From: Octopus sinensis
Taxonomy: Eukaryota
Direction: 5' to 3'
Assembly (NCBI RefSeq): GCF_006345805.1
Contig: NW_021827386.1
Location: 1 to 10,552 of the forward strand
Length of the DNA stretch: 10,552 nucleotides
Position numbers and translations under genes: made by a program. Below are positions 1 to 7,470 of this stretch, one piece after another; position 1 is the stretch's first letter, and the number at the start of each line of letters is the position of its first letter. The notes beneath the pieces are model-generated. The model made no database searches. It was not told the origin of the DNA and was given only the letters and a program-made list of their open reading frames with translations.

Positions 1-44
1 CTGTGAATGTATCTATGTATTTTTCTATCCTCTCTCTCTCTTAC

Positions 45-50
<6 letters not shown>

Positions 51-105
<55 letters not shown>
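51..105. repeat. (TA)n microsatellite
   Basis: Uninterrupted TA dinucleotide run of about 27 units, preceded by short (TC)n and (TG)n runs. Confidence 0.98.
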
Positions 106-110
<5 letters not shown>

Positions 111-516
111 AACACATATGGACCCATATATATATGTGTGTGTGTGTATGTGTATTTACATTCATAGATCTGCACGTCTATTTACTCCAATGACATTTTC
201 ATAGTGGTTGGGCCCTGGTTTTATGAACACCGCTATGTATGGTTATTAAACGGGTCGTTAAATGTCTTTTATCGATATATATGAATCAATCTATCTTGTA
301 CTGTTTGTGTCCATTAAACTGCCGCACACCACAAAATTCTCGCTCTTTTCCATGCAAAATTTATTACCGTCACTAAGTCATTCTTAATTATTTTCCACTC
401 GTGGTAGTCTTGTACCAAATCCGTAACAGCTTCCACCGTTTATCCGCCTCCAATTAACAACTATTGATAAACCTAATCTCGTTGCATTTTTATATCTTCA
501 ACACTTTTATAATTGA

Positions 517-917
517 CTAGCAGTATCGCCCGGCGTTGCTCGGGTTTGTAAGGGAAATAACTATATAAGCATTTTTAGAGATGTAAAGTATAATAGCCAT
601 CTCAATATGGCTAACCACAAAGGGAGGGGTGTTACTGTAGCTTTTTACGTTCTGAGATTTAATAATAAATTTTTAGAGAGTTACTTCCCTTATATATGCC
701 AAAAATGCATTAAAAATGGGAAAATTTGATGGTAATTTTTTTTTTAAATCGTAGACTCATCGTAGAAGCGCGCTAATACCCAGAAGGGCTCGATATGAAT
801 CACGACTATAAGATACCCGGTTTTGGTTAAACTGCACCGCAAAATGTGGGAGTAGTTAGGAATCTAAATCGTAGGAGACAGACAGCACACAACCTCACTT
901 TTATATATATATAAAGA
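517..917 (-). mobile_element. Non-autonomous Helitron (rolling-circle transposon), apparently complete, 401 bp
   Basis: Read on the minus strand it is A|TCTTTATATATATATAAAAGTGAGG ... CCCGAGCAACGCCGGG-CGATACTG-CTAG|T. This gives a 5' TC, a GC-rich hairpin 8 nt before a 3' CTAG, insertion between A and T, and no TSD, all established Helitron hallmarks. No RepHel coding sequence. Confidence 0.85.
529..544 (-). other. Helitron 3' subterminal hairpin
   Basis: CCCG (529-532) and CGGG (541-544) close an imperfect GC-rich stem-loop, 8 nt from the terminal CTAG (517-520). Confidence 0.8.
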
Positions 918-918
918 T

Positions 919-1151
919 TTTGTACTTGTTATAGTTGATGGACTGCGGCCATGCTGGGGCAGAGCCTTGGAATATTTTTAAGTCGAACGCATCGACACCA
1001 GTACATATTTTTATTTTTAAAACCTTGCTACTTATTCTATCGTTTTCTTTGCCGCTAAGTTACAGGGATGTAAACACGCTAAGCATTGGTTGTCAGACGG
1101 TGAGAGGACAACACACAGACACGAAGACACACCCGCACACACACAGACACA

Positions 1152-1192
<41 letters not shown>

Positions 1193-1374
1193 GTGTGTAT
1201 ATATGTATACACAACGGGCTTCTTTCAGCGTCCACCTATCAAAACAACTCACAAAGCTTTGATTGACCTGAGGCTAAAGTAGAAGACACTTGCCTGAGGT
1301 GCCTTGCAGCAGGACAGAACCCAGAATCATGAGATCAGGAAGCAAGCTTCTTACCACACAGCCACGTCCCCGCC
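919..1374 (-). mobile_element. tRNA-derived SINE, family A, with internal (CA)n tract
   Basis: The minus-strand head is GGCGGGGACG-TGGCTGTGTGGTAAG (A-box-like) followed by GGTTCTGTCC (degenerate B box, plus 1312-1321). Next comes CACCTCAGGCAAGTGTCTT, reminiscent of the CORE-SINE ACCTTGGGCAAGT motif. The 3' part contains CCCCAGCATGGCCGCAG, shared with the LINE 3' UTR at 5630-5646. Resembles an abundant octopus repeat from recall. The 3' boundary is approximate. Confidence 0.8.
1111..1190. repeat. (CA)n/(CAGA)n microsatellite inside SINE A
   Basis: Pure (AC)n at 1153-1190, with a degenerate ACAG/ACAC prefix. Confidence 0.95.
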
Positions 1375-1652
1375 TAGTGAGATCCTTTCAGTGGCAAGTA
1401 TTCGAAGCAGCCTTTTTATGTGAAAACAAATTTCTCGCTTGTTCGAGAAATTTTGTTGTTATTACATTTCACTCTAATTCCTGTCAGCAGACAACAAATG
1501 GCCCAAAACAGTAACAACAACAACTAAAACAAGATTCATCAAAGAAATAGTATTTAAAGCCGTTGAATTAAGTGGGGTACTACGATGTAACCCTACCGTT
1601 ATATGACCATCTGGATGAACATATGTTCTGTTGTGTCATAATCATCATCAAT

Positions 1653-1699
1653 ATGATGATGATGATGATGATGATGATGATAATAATAATAATAATAAT
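1653..1699. repeat. Compound (ATG)n(ATA)n microsatellite
   Basis: Directly visible; produces the poly-M/poly-I ORF 1572-1757. Confidence 0.95.
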
Positions 1700-1702
1700 C
1701 AT

Positions 1703-1877
1703 ACAGACCCACGGCCTGAAATTTTGGGGGAGAGGACTGGTCGATTATATTGATTGATTTATCGACTGCGAAAGGATGAAAGGCAAAGTCGACCTCGGTG
1801 GAATTTGAACTCAGGACGTAAAGACAGACGAAATGCCGTTAAGCATTTACCCAGCGTGCTGACGTTTCTGTCAGCTC
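1703..1877 (-). mobile_element. tRNA-derived SINE, family B (copy 1, internally deleted)
   Basis: Minus strand reads GAGCTGACAGAAACGTCAGCACG... with B box GAGTTCAAATTCC (plus 1800-1812), then GAGGTCGACTTTGCCTTTCATCCTTTCG. It aligns by eye with the plus-strand copy at 6739-6960 (CTTTACGTTCTG..TTCAAATTC..GAGGTCAACTTTGCCTTTCATC). Confidence 0.85.
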
Positions 1878-1915
<38 letters not shown>

Positions 1916-1943
1916 TAACGATAATAATAATAATAATAATAAT
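1878..1943. repeat. (AAT)n microsatellite
   Basis: Directly visible, with a few GAT/AAC interruptions. Confidence 0.95.
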
Positions 1944-2120
1944 CAATTCTTTTTTATTGGCCACAAGGGCTGACACGCATGATTACATAAAGGGACAAGA
2001 CAGGACGAAAGATAATATAACTAGAATCACACTTGTTGATGATACGACACCTTTAATCACTAACTTGGAATGCTTCGCGTCTGTCTTAATGTTAACCCTT
2101 CTAAGCTTCTGGTATCTTTT

Positions 2121-2137
2121 TCTCCCTCCCTCCCTCT

Positions 2138-2206
<69 letters not shown>
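2121..2206. repeat. Compound (CT)n(AT)n microsatellite
   Basis: (TCCC)n then (CT)n then (AT)n. Confidence 0.95.
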
Positions 2207-2210
<4 letters not shown>

Positions 2211-2239
2211 CTTGCTAGTTCTCTGTGAGTATGTGCGTG

Positions 2240-2308
2240 TATGAGAGAGAGCGAGAGAGAGAGAGGGGGAAAGAGTATGTGTGTATATAAATATATGCAC
2301 ACATATTT

Positions 2309-2348
<40 letters not shown>

Positions 2349-2392
2349 GCATACATACGTATATAAAGAACAAATATATATATATATATATA
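2240..2392. repeat. (GA)n, (CA)n and (TA)n microsatellite cluster
   Basis: Directly visible. Confidence 0.9.
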
Positions 2393-2477
2393 ATTAATTA
2401 ATAAGGGTGAGAGAATTAGATACTAATTTAATAGTATACCTATTCAACACCAAGTGGCCCAGTTTGAATATACGTGT

Positions 2478-2870
2478 TATATATATACATACATGTATAT
2501 TTGTATATATATATATATGTGTGTGTGTGTATTTATACACATATATATATATATACAGACAGACACGTATATGTATATATATATGTATATGTATATAAAT
2601 GTATGTATATATATATATATGTATATATATACATATATATATGTATATATACACACACATATATACATACAGACAGACACATATATATATATATACGTAT
2701 ATATATATATACATATCTATATATGCACCTATACACAATGATACATAGACTTACACAAAAGCTCTGTATAATAAATGCATATGTCTCTAACCGTGTATGT
2801 CTACGTGTGTGTGTGTTTGTGTGTATGCATATGTGTGTGTGTGTTTGTGTGTATGTATGTGTGTGTGTGT
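2478..2870. repeat. Degenerate TA/CA/TG compound microsatellite field containing the left inverted-repeat arm
   Basis: Source of the YI/VC/HT-rich ORFs on both strands. Confidence 0.9.
2647..2806 (+). repeat. Left arm of ~160-bp inverted repeat (pairs with 4343-4496)
   Basis: The non-microsatellite core GCACCTATACACAATGATACATAGACTTACACAAAAGCTCTGTATAATAAATGCATATGTCTCTAACCGTGTATGTCTACGT matches the reverse complement of 4343-4422 with 3 transitions and a 2-bp indel. The outer microsatellite parts also match. Confidence 0.93.
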
Positions 2871-3292
2871 ATGCATATCAATAAATATTTATTCCAAAAT
2901 ATGTTTAAAAACATTCCCATACATAATCGATATATTTACCGGAAACAAACAGGATCACATATTTCTTTTACACAAAGTTTAGCGAAAATATGTCTCTGCC
3001 AAAAATTTATGCAAACCAAATATATACAGGCATATGCAAACACAATTATATTTTGATATACTTTAAACCATACATATGCACGTGCGAGGTGCGCAGACTC
3101 AATTTATATATTTGTATATATAGAAGTTCCTGTTTGGGCGTATTTTGAAGCATCCATGAATACAATTAAATACCAGAAACGCTCATTCAAATTTGAAGGC
3201 GAAGCAGAGTAAAATAACCCGGACTTTGGTCCAATCCCCTGACGCGTAACAGGAAGTTAAAAACAAACGCCGGTTGACCATTTCCAAGACTA

Positions 3293-3304
3293 TAGTATTA
3301 CAGA
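3293..3304 (+). repeat. Target-site duplication (left) of SINE C
   Basis: TAGTATTACAGA, identical to 3689-3700. Confidence 0.92.
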
Positions 3305-3688
3305 CGAGGCGCAATGGCCCAGTGGTTAGGGCAGCGGACTCGCGGTCATAGGATCGCGGTTTCGATTCCCAGACCGGGCGTTGTGAGTGTTTATTGAGCG
3401 AAAACACCTAAAGCTCCACGAGGCTCCGGCAGGGGATGGTGGTGATCCCTGCTGTACTCTTTCACCACAACTTTCTCTCACTCTTACTTCCTGTTTCTGT
3501 TGTACCTGTATTTCAAGGGGCCGACCTTGTCACTCTCTGTGTCACGCTGAATATCCCCGAGAACTACGTTAAGGGTACCCGTGTCTGTGGAGTGCTCAGC
3601 CACTTACACGTTAATTTCACGAGCAGGCTGTTCCGTTGATTCGGATCAACCGGAACCATCATCGTCGTAACCGACGGAGTGCTTCCAC
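3305..3688 (+). mobile_element. tRNA-derived SINE, family C, full length (384 bp), with perfect 12-bp TSD
   Basis: The head GGCGCAATGGCCCAGTGGTTAGGGCAGCGGACTCGCGGTCATAGGATCGCGGTTTCGATTCCCAG contains an A box (TGGCCCAGTGG) and a B box (GGTTTCGATTCC) in a tRNA-like layout, loosely tRNA-Arg-like. About 310 bp of non-tRNA body follows. Flanked by identical TAGTATTACAGA. Confidence 0.92.
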
Positions 3689-3700
3689 TAGTATTACAGA
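3689..3700 (+). repeat. Target-site duplication (right) of SINE C
   Basis: TAGTATTACAGA, identical to 3293-3304. Confidence 0.92.
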
Positions 3701-4013
3701 AACTGGAAGCCACAAACATATTCAAGCATATTGCCGCAAACGCAATCTCATTCAGGGTTCCTCTCGTTCTTTATCGCTCGCTCTTTGAAAATATAGTCAG
3801 GCTGTAAGTTAACAATTCGTAACAATTAGTTTCATGACTGCGTTAATTAACCTAAGCATTCATCGGGCGATATAAAGATGCTAGCAACCTTTCATAAGGA
3901 TTCCTCCTGTATACATAAGACGCTACTGGATTAGTAGCAATGTGCTAATCTCTACAAGGATTAAAGTAGGATATAGTATTGGTTACCTCCACCATAGAGT
4001 ACTCTCTTAATGC

Positions 4014-4139
4014 ATATATATATTTATATGTATGTATTTATGTATGTATGTATGTATATCTGTACACAAGCGCACGCGTGCTCACACACGCAGGCACACA
4101 CACACATACATATATATATATAAAGAGAAAAGGAGAGAA

Positions 4140-4153
<14 letters not shown>
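4014..4153. repeat. (TATG)n, (CA)n and (GA)n compound microsatellite
   Basis: Directly visible. Confidence 0.9.
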
Positions 4154-4174
<21 letters not shown>

Positions 4175-4244
4175 GTCATGGCTAGACTAAATTTCTTTGA
4201 TCATAAGTATGCTAAGCAATACTGACCATGGACAAACAACAACA

Positions 4245-4247
<3 letters not shown>

Positions 4248-4289
<42 letters not shown>

Positions 4290-4304
4290 GTCGTCGTCGT
4301 CGTC
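4248..4304. repeat. (ATC)n(GTC)n microsatellite
   Basis: About 14 ATC units followed by 5 GTC units. Confidence 0.95.
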
Positions 4305-4342
4305 ATAAAAAACGCGAAAGAATTTCATTCAAGGATATATAT

Positions 4343-4496
4343 ACGTAGACATACACGGTTAGAGACATGCATTTATTATACAGGGCTTTTGTGTAAGTCT
4401 ATGTGTCATTGTGTATAGATGCATATATAGATATGTATATATATATACGTATATATATATGTGTGTCTGTCTGTATGTATATATGTGTGTGTATAT
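4343..4496 (-). repeat. Right arm of ~160-bp inverted repeat (pairs with 2647-2806)
   Basis: ACGTAGACATACACGGTTAGAGACATGCATTTATTATACAGGGCTTTTGTGTAAGTCTATGTGTCATTGTGTATAGATGC... is the reverse complement of the left arm. Confidence 0.93.
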
Positions 4497-4713
4497 TAGA
4501 AATTGATGAAGGAATAAATACCAAAATGAACAAATGAAAGTCAGAATCGCTCGTCTTTTGGAATTGTTTCAAGAAAACATTGAAGAATCTTTATTGAGTT
4601 CCTAATGCCCTCTGTTCTGTTATTAGACCATTCCGTAGGATCTCCGGCCGCCGTTTCTATTGACATTGGTGTCATCCACCATAATTTGTGATATTTTTAT
4701 GCCTACGTTTTTC

Positions 4714-4746
<33 letters not shown>

Positions 4747-4866
4747 GAACACATAATGTAGACAAATGTTTATAGGCGTTTATTTGAGTAAATAGACATG
4801 CATAATTAAATACGTGTGTGTGCGCGCGTATGTGGTTGTGCGCACGCGCGCGTGTGTGTGTGTGCA
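4714..4866. repeat. (CA)n tract and mixed (GT)/(CG) alternating purine-pyrimidine tracts
   Basis: (CA)n at 4714-4742; GTGTGTGTGCGCGCGTATGTG and TGTGCGCACGCGCGCGTGTGTGTGTGTGCA at 4811-4866. Confidence 0.9.
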
Positions 4867-5100
4867 TTCTAATATATAATTATTAATAGGCAAACAGAAT
4901 TATGCACCCATGTACTATTGATTTTGAGCTTAGTCACAAGAGAAGCCTTTCACATCAAACTGAAATACACACAGTAAATACACACACATGTATGTATGTC
5001 ATTATTCAGTTTGCTTCAATTCTTGCCATTAGAGAAAGAACCGGTTTCTAACCTAGATCCAAGGCTCCTTCATTGGAATTTCAACAACAGGGCATTTTTG

Positions 5101-5156
5101 TATGTATGTATGTATGTATGTATGTATGTATGTATGTATGTATGTATGTATGTATG
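5101..5156. repeat. (TATG)n microsatellite
   Basis: 14 perfect units. Confidence 0.97.
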
Positions 5157-5369
5157 GAAGTATGTCTGCATGTATGTATGTGCAGATGTGTATGTTTTAT
5201 ATATGTATTCTCATGCATATATTTGCATATCTAGACATGCTCATACATATTTAAATGATAAACTTCTGGAAAGTTTTACAGATTTTTACAGTTCCAGTGA
5301 TGGATTGGATCTGTACTCTTCGAATTAGCTTTCTCCTTCCTGATTTTGAGAAGCCTAATTTCTCAAGAT

Positions 5370-5449
5370 TATGTATGTATGTATGTATGTATGTATGTAT
5401 GTATGTATGTATGTATGTATGTATGTATTTATGTATGTATGTATGTATG
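5370..5449. repeat. (TATG)n microsatellite
   Basis: About 20 units with one interruption. Confidence 0.97.
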
Positions 5450-5578
5450 CATGCGTGTATGTATATACATATATATACATACATTCACTGATGCATACAC
5501 ATACACTCGTATGTGTGTTTGCATTTAACAATCTTTTTAAAACTGAGCCTCCTCATTGGTTCGATCGTTATTCGTAGA

Positions 5579-5922
5579 ATTAATTAATTAATTAATCCTT
5601 AAATCCTTAAAAATGCTTCAGTCCGAAAGCTGCAGCCATGCTGGGGTACCACTGTTGATTGTGCTACACTAGTATGTGAAACCCCCTCTGATACGTGGCA
5701 CTTGGTCAACAAGGGAGTTTGACGCCGTTGCCCGCATCTGTGTTGCCTGCCGAGAGGTAGTTCATCTGCAACCCCTGACAAGAAGAGATCGAGTTTAGTT
5801 TTAAAGAAACCCACATCCACACCATGCAGGTCTCTCAGGCATTTAGGAAGGATATTGAAGAGCTGTGGTCCCCTGAAACCCAAACCGTTGCAGTATCTGG
5901 TTCTGTATTTTGATGGTGTACC
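5579..5922 (-). mobile_element. 5'-truncated non-LTR retrotransposon (CR1/L2-superfamily-like): ORF2 C-terminus, 3' UTR and tandem tail
   Basis: The minus strand translates PSKYRTRYCNGLGFRGPQLFNILPKCLRDLHGVDVGFFKTKLDLFLSGVADE, matching the N.LP..LR......FK..LD.FL pattern at the post-RT end of CR1-type ORF2. After a 1-nt frameshift at ~5759 it continues TSRQATQMRATASNSLVDQVPRIRGGFTY* (stop 5669-5671). A short 3' UTR and an AAGGATTT x2 / (TTAA)n tail follow. Clade assignment is from motif recall. Confidence 0.8.
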
Positions 5923-6469
5923 AAGTAGATCGGTATGTTAAAATAACCTTTATCGGTAACCTTATACAAAAATACTATAATTATAAGAATAATTATAATT
6001 AGGGTTCAGCAAATTGCTTCACCACATAACGAAATTTAGAAATAGCAGTTAAATTCTACTCCACTACCATAAGACATCTCGCAGACAGCAATACTCTTAA
6101 TTCACGTATTTTACCTTCCAATGAGATTTAATATGAAAACGAAAGAAGCGTTAAACATGAGAAGCGATAAAAATTATTCAATATCGCCTTTCCCCACTCT
6201 CTTTCACCCTCTCTCTCATTCGTCCCACTATCTCCACTTAATCTCTCTTTCTCAGTCTCTTTCTATCACTCTCTCTGTCTCTATTTCCCTCTCTTGTCTC
6301 TCTCTCCGTATTTGTAATTCACAGAAATAATTCCATCTCCACTTAAGGTTTCAACCTCGATTACAAGAGTTTGCTTATCAACCAATAAACGAAGCTATTC
6401 GTAATGCAGACGTAATAGACATGTGACATACAACGTAGGCCTACATCTCGTCTTATCTAAGTAGGCTCC

Positions 6470-6577
6470 CACCACCACCAGCACCACCAGCAGCAGCAGC
6501 ACCAGCACCACCACCAGCAGCAGCACCAGAACCAGCACCAGAACCAGCACCACCACCACACCAGCACCACCACCACC
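6470..6577. repeat. Mixed (CAC)/(CAG) trinucleotide array
   Basis: CACCAC, CAGCAG, CACCAG and AACCAG units, with one 1-nt slip near 6559. Confidence 0.93.
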
Positions 6578-6738
6578 GATATAAAGTGGTTTGAACACTA
6601 GATGGAAATCTAAAAGACGATTGGTGGAGACAGGTGGATATCACAGAAACGTCTGAAGCTTGTCCCATTACAAAATACTTTACGGCAGAATCGTTTGTGC
6701 TTTGGGGAAAATAGTTTGCGATATTCCTTTCGATTCTA

Positions 6739-6960
6739 GGGCAGCGAGATGACAGAATCGTTGGCCATGCCGGACAAACTGCTTAGCGGCATTTCATCCG
6801 TCTTTACGTTCTGTCTTCAAATTCTGCTGAGGTCAACTTTGCCTTTCATCTTTTCGAGGCCAGTAAAAATAAATACCCATTGAGCATTACAGTCGATGTT
6901 ATCGACTTACCCGCTTCCCCAAAACAGCTGGTTTCGTGCCTAAATTTGAAACCATTATTA
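6739..6960 (+). mobile_element. tRNA-derived SINE, family B (copy 2, near full length, diverged)
   Basis: Head GGGCAGCGAGATGACAGAATCGTT, degenerate B box TCTTCAAATTCT, body GAGGTCAACTTTGCCTTTCATC, 3' end GTGCCTAAATTTGAAACCATTATTA. Homologous to the reverse complement of 1703-1877. Confidence 0.82.
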
Positions 6961-6965
6961 CCTTC

Positions 6966-7094
6966 CATTCTTGAGCTCAAATCTAGCTTATATCAACTTT
7001 GTCTCTCATATAATAAAGTACCTGCTGAAATCGATAGGGTATCAACTGGCCCCTCTTCTCAAAATTTCAGGTTGTATATCTAAACTAGAAAAAA
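6966..7094 (+). mobile_element. Family B SINE (copy 3; 5'-truncated, highly diverged)
   Basis: TTGAGCTCAAATCT (B-box remnant), ATCAACTTTGTCTCTCAT, ATAAAGTACC, ATCAACTGGCCCCTCTTCTCAAAATTTCAGG. Same anchors in the same order as copies 1 and 2. Confidence 0.6.
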
Positions 7095-7100
7095 GTTGAA

Positions 7101-7202
7101 GAGGCCGGATTAGCAGAATCATCAGCGCGTCGAACAAAATGCTTCACTGTATTCTGTTTGACTCTTTACCTTCTCAGTTCAGATCTCAAAGAGGTCAACT
7201 AT
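7101..7202 (+). mobile_element. Family B SINE (copy 4; 5' half only, diverged)
   Basis: TAGCAGAATCATCAGCGCGTCGAACAAAATGCTT ... CTTTACCTTCTCAGTTCAGATCTC .. GAGGTCAACT matches the head, B box and first body motif of copy 2. Confidence 0.65.
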
Positions 7203-7470
7203 GGCGCCGGTAAAAAATAACACCCGCCATATACTACATTCGATAGCACCGAATAAGATAAATTTTCCAACTCTCTACTTTCACTTTCCTTTAGAACTTT
7301 CATTTGATATCAAAACATAAAGTAGCTCAATTTTTTTAAAGCTTTGTCCCCTAGAATATAAAAAGGAAATGTCAGACATATTAAAAAGTGGACTCAATGA
7401 GAAGTGAGTAAAATGAAATAGAATTAAAACATGATTAATGCATAAAATATAACAGATTAAAAAGCCAGAT

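Noticed and set aside
935-1514. ORFs 935-1282, 1032-1235 and 1290-1514
   Set aside because: They lie mostly within SINE A and its (CA)n tract; no coding features.
1945-2010. Possible variant 3' tail fragment of SINE family B (TTTATTGGCCACAAGGGC…)
   Set aside because: Resemblance rests on recall only; it cannot be aligned convincingly with copies in this window.
2394-2884. Overlapping YI/VC/HT-rich ORFs of 60-136 aa on both strands
   Set aside because: Translations of TA/CA microsatellites, which lack stops in several frames.
2935-3260. Cluster of ETS-like (CAGGAAGT 3250), TGACGCGT (3240) and octamer-like (ATGCAAAC x2) motifs
   Set aside because: Short motifs with no associated transcript start or CpG island; cannot support a promoter call.
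3308-3380. Possible genuine tRNA gene
   Set aside because: The acceptor, anticodon and T stems do not pair properly. It is followed by a 310-bp body and bounded by a TSD, so it is a SINE head.
3387-3639. ORFs 3387-3572 and 3436-3639
   Set aside because: Internal to SINE C.
3183-3770. ~62-codon minus-strand frame that becomes continuous if SINE C is excised (…NEIAFAAICLNMFVASSFCNTIVLEMVNRRLFLTSC…)
   Set aside because: No recognisable homology or clear splice signals, and the length is within chance expectation.
4500-4710. Short peptide-like frames (MKVRIARLLELFQENIEESLLSS* on plus; MVDDTNVNRNGGRRSYGMV* on minus, followed by AATAAA)
   Set aside because: About 20 codons each, with poor splice acceptors and no recognised homology.
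6453-6668. Gly/Ala-rich ORF (GGGAGSGAGSGAAAGG) resembling silk or structural proteins
   Set aside because: Arises from the CAC/CAG array. A 1-nt slip breaks its register, and the flanks do not look like protein.
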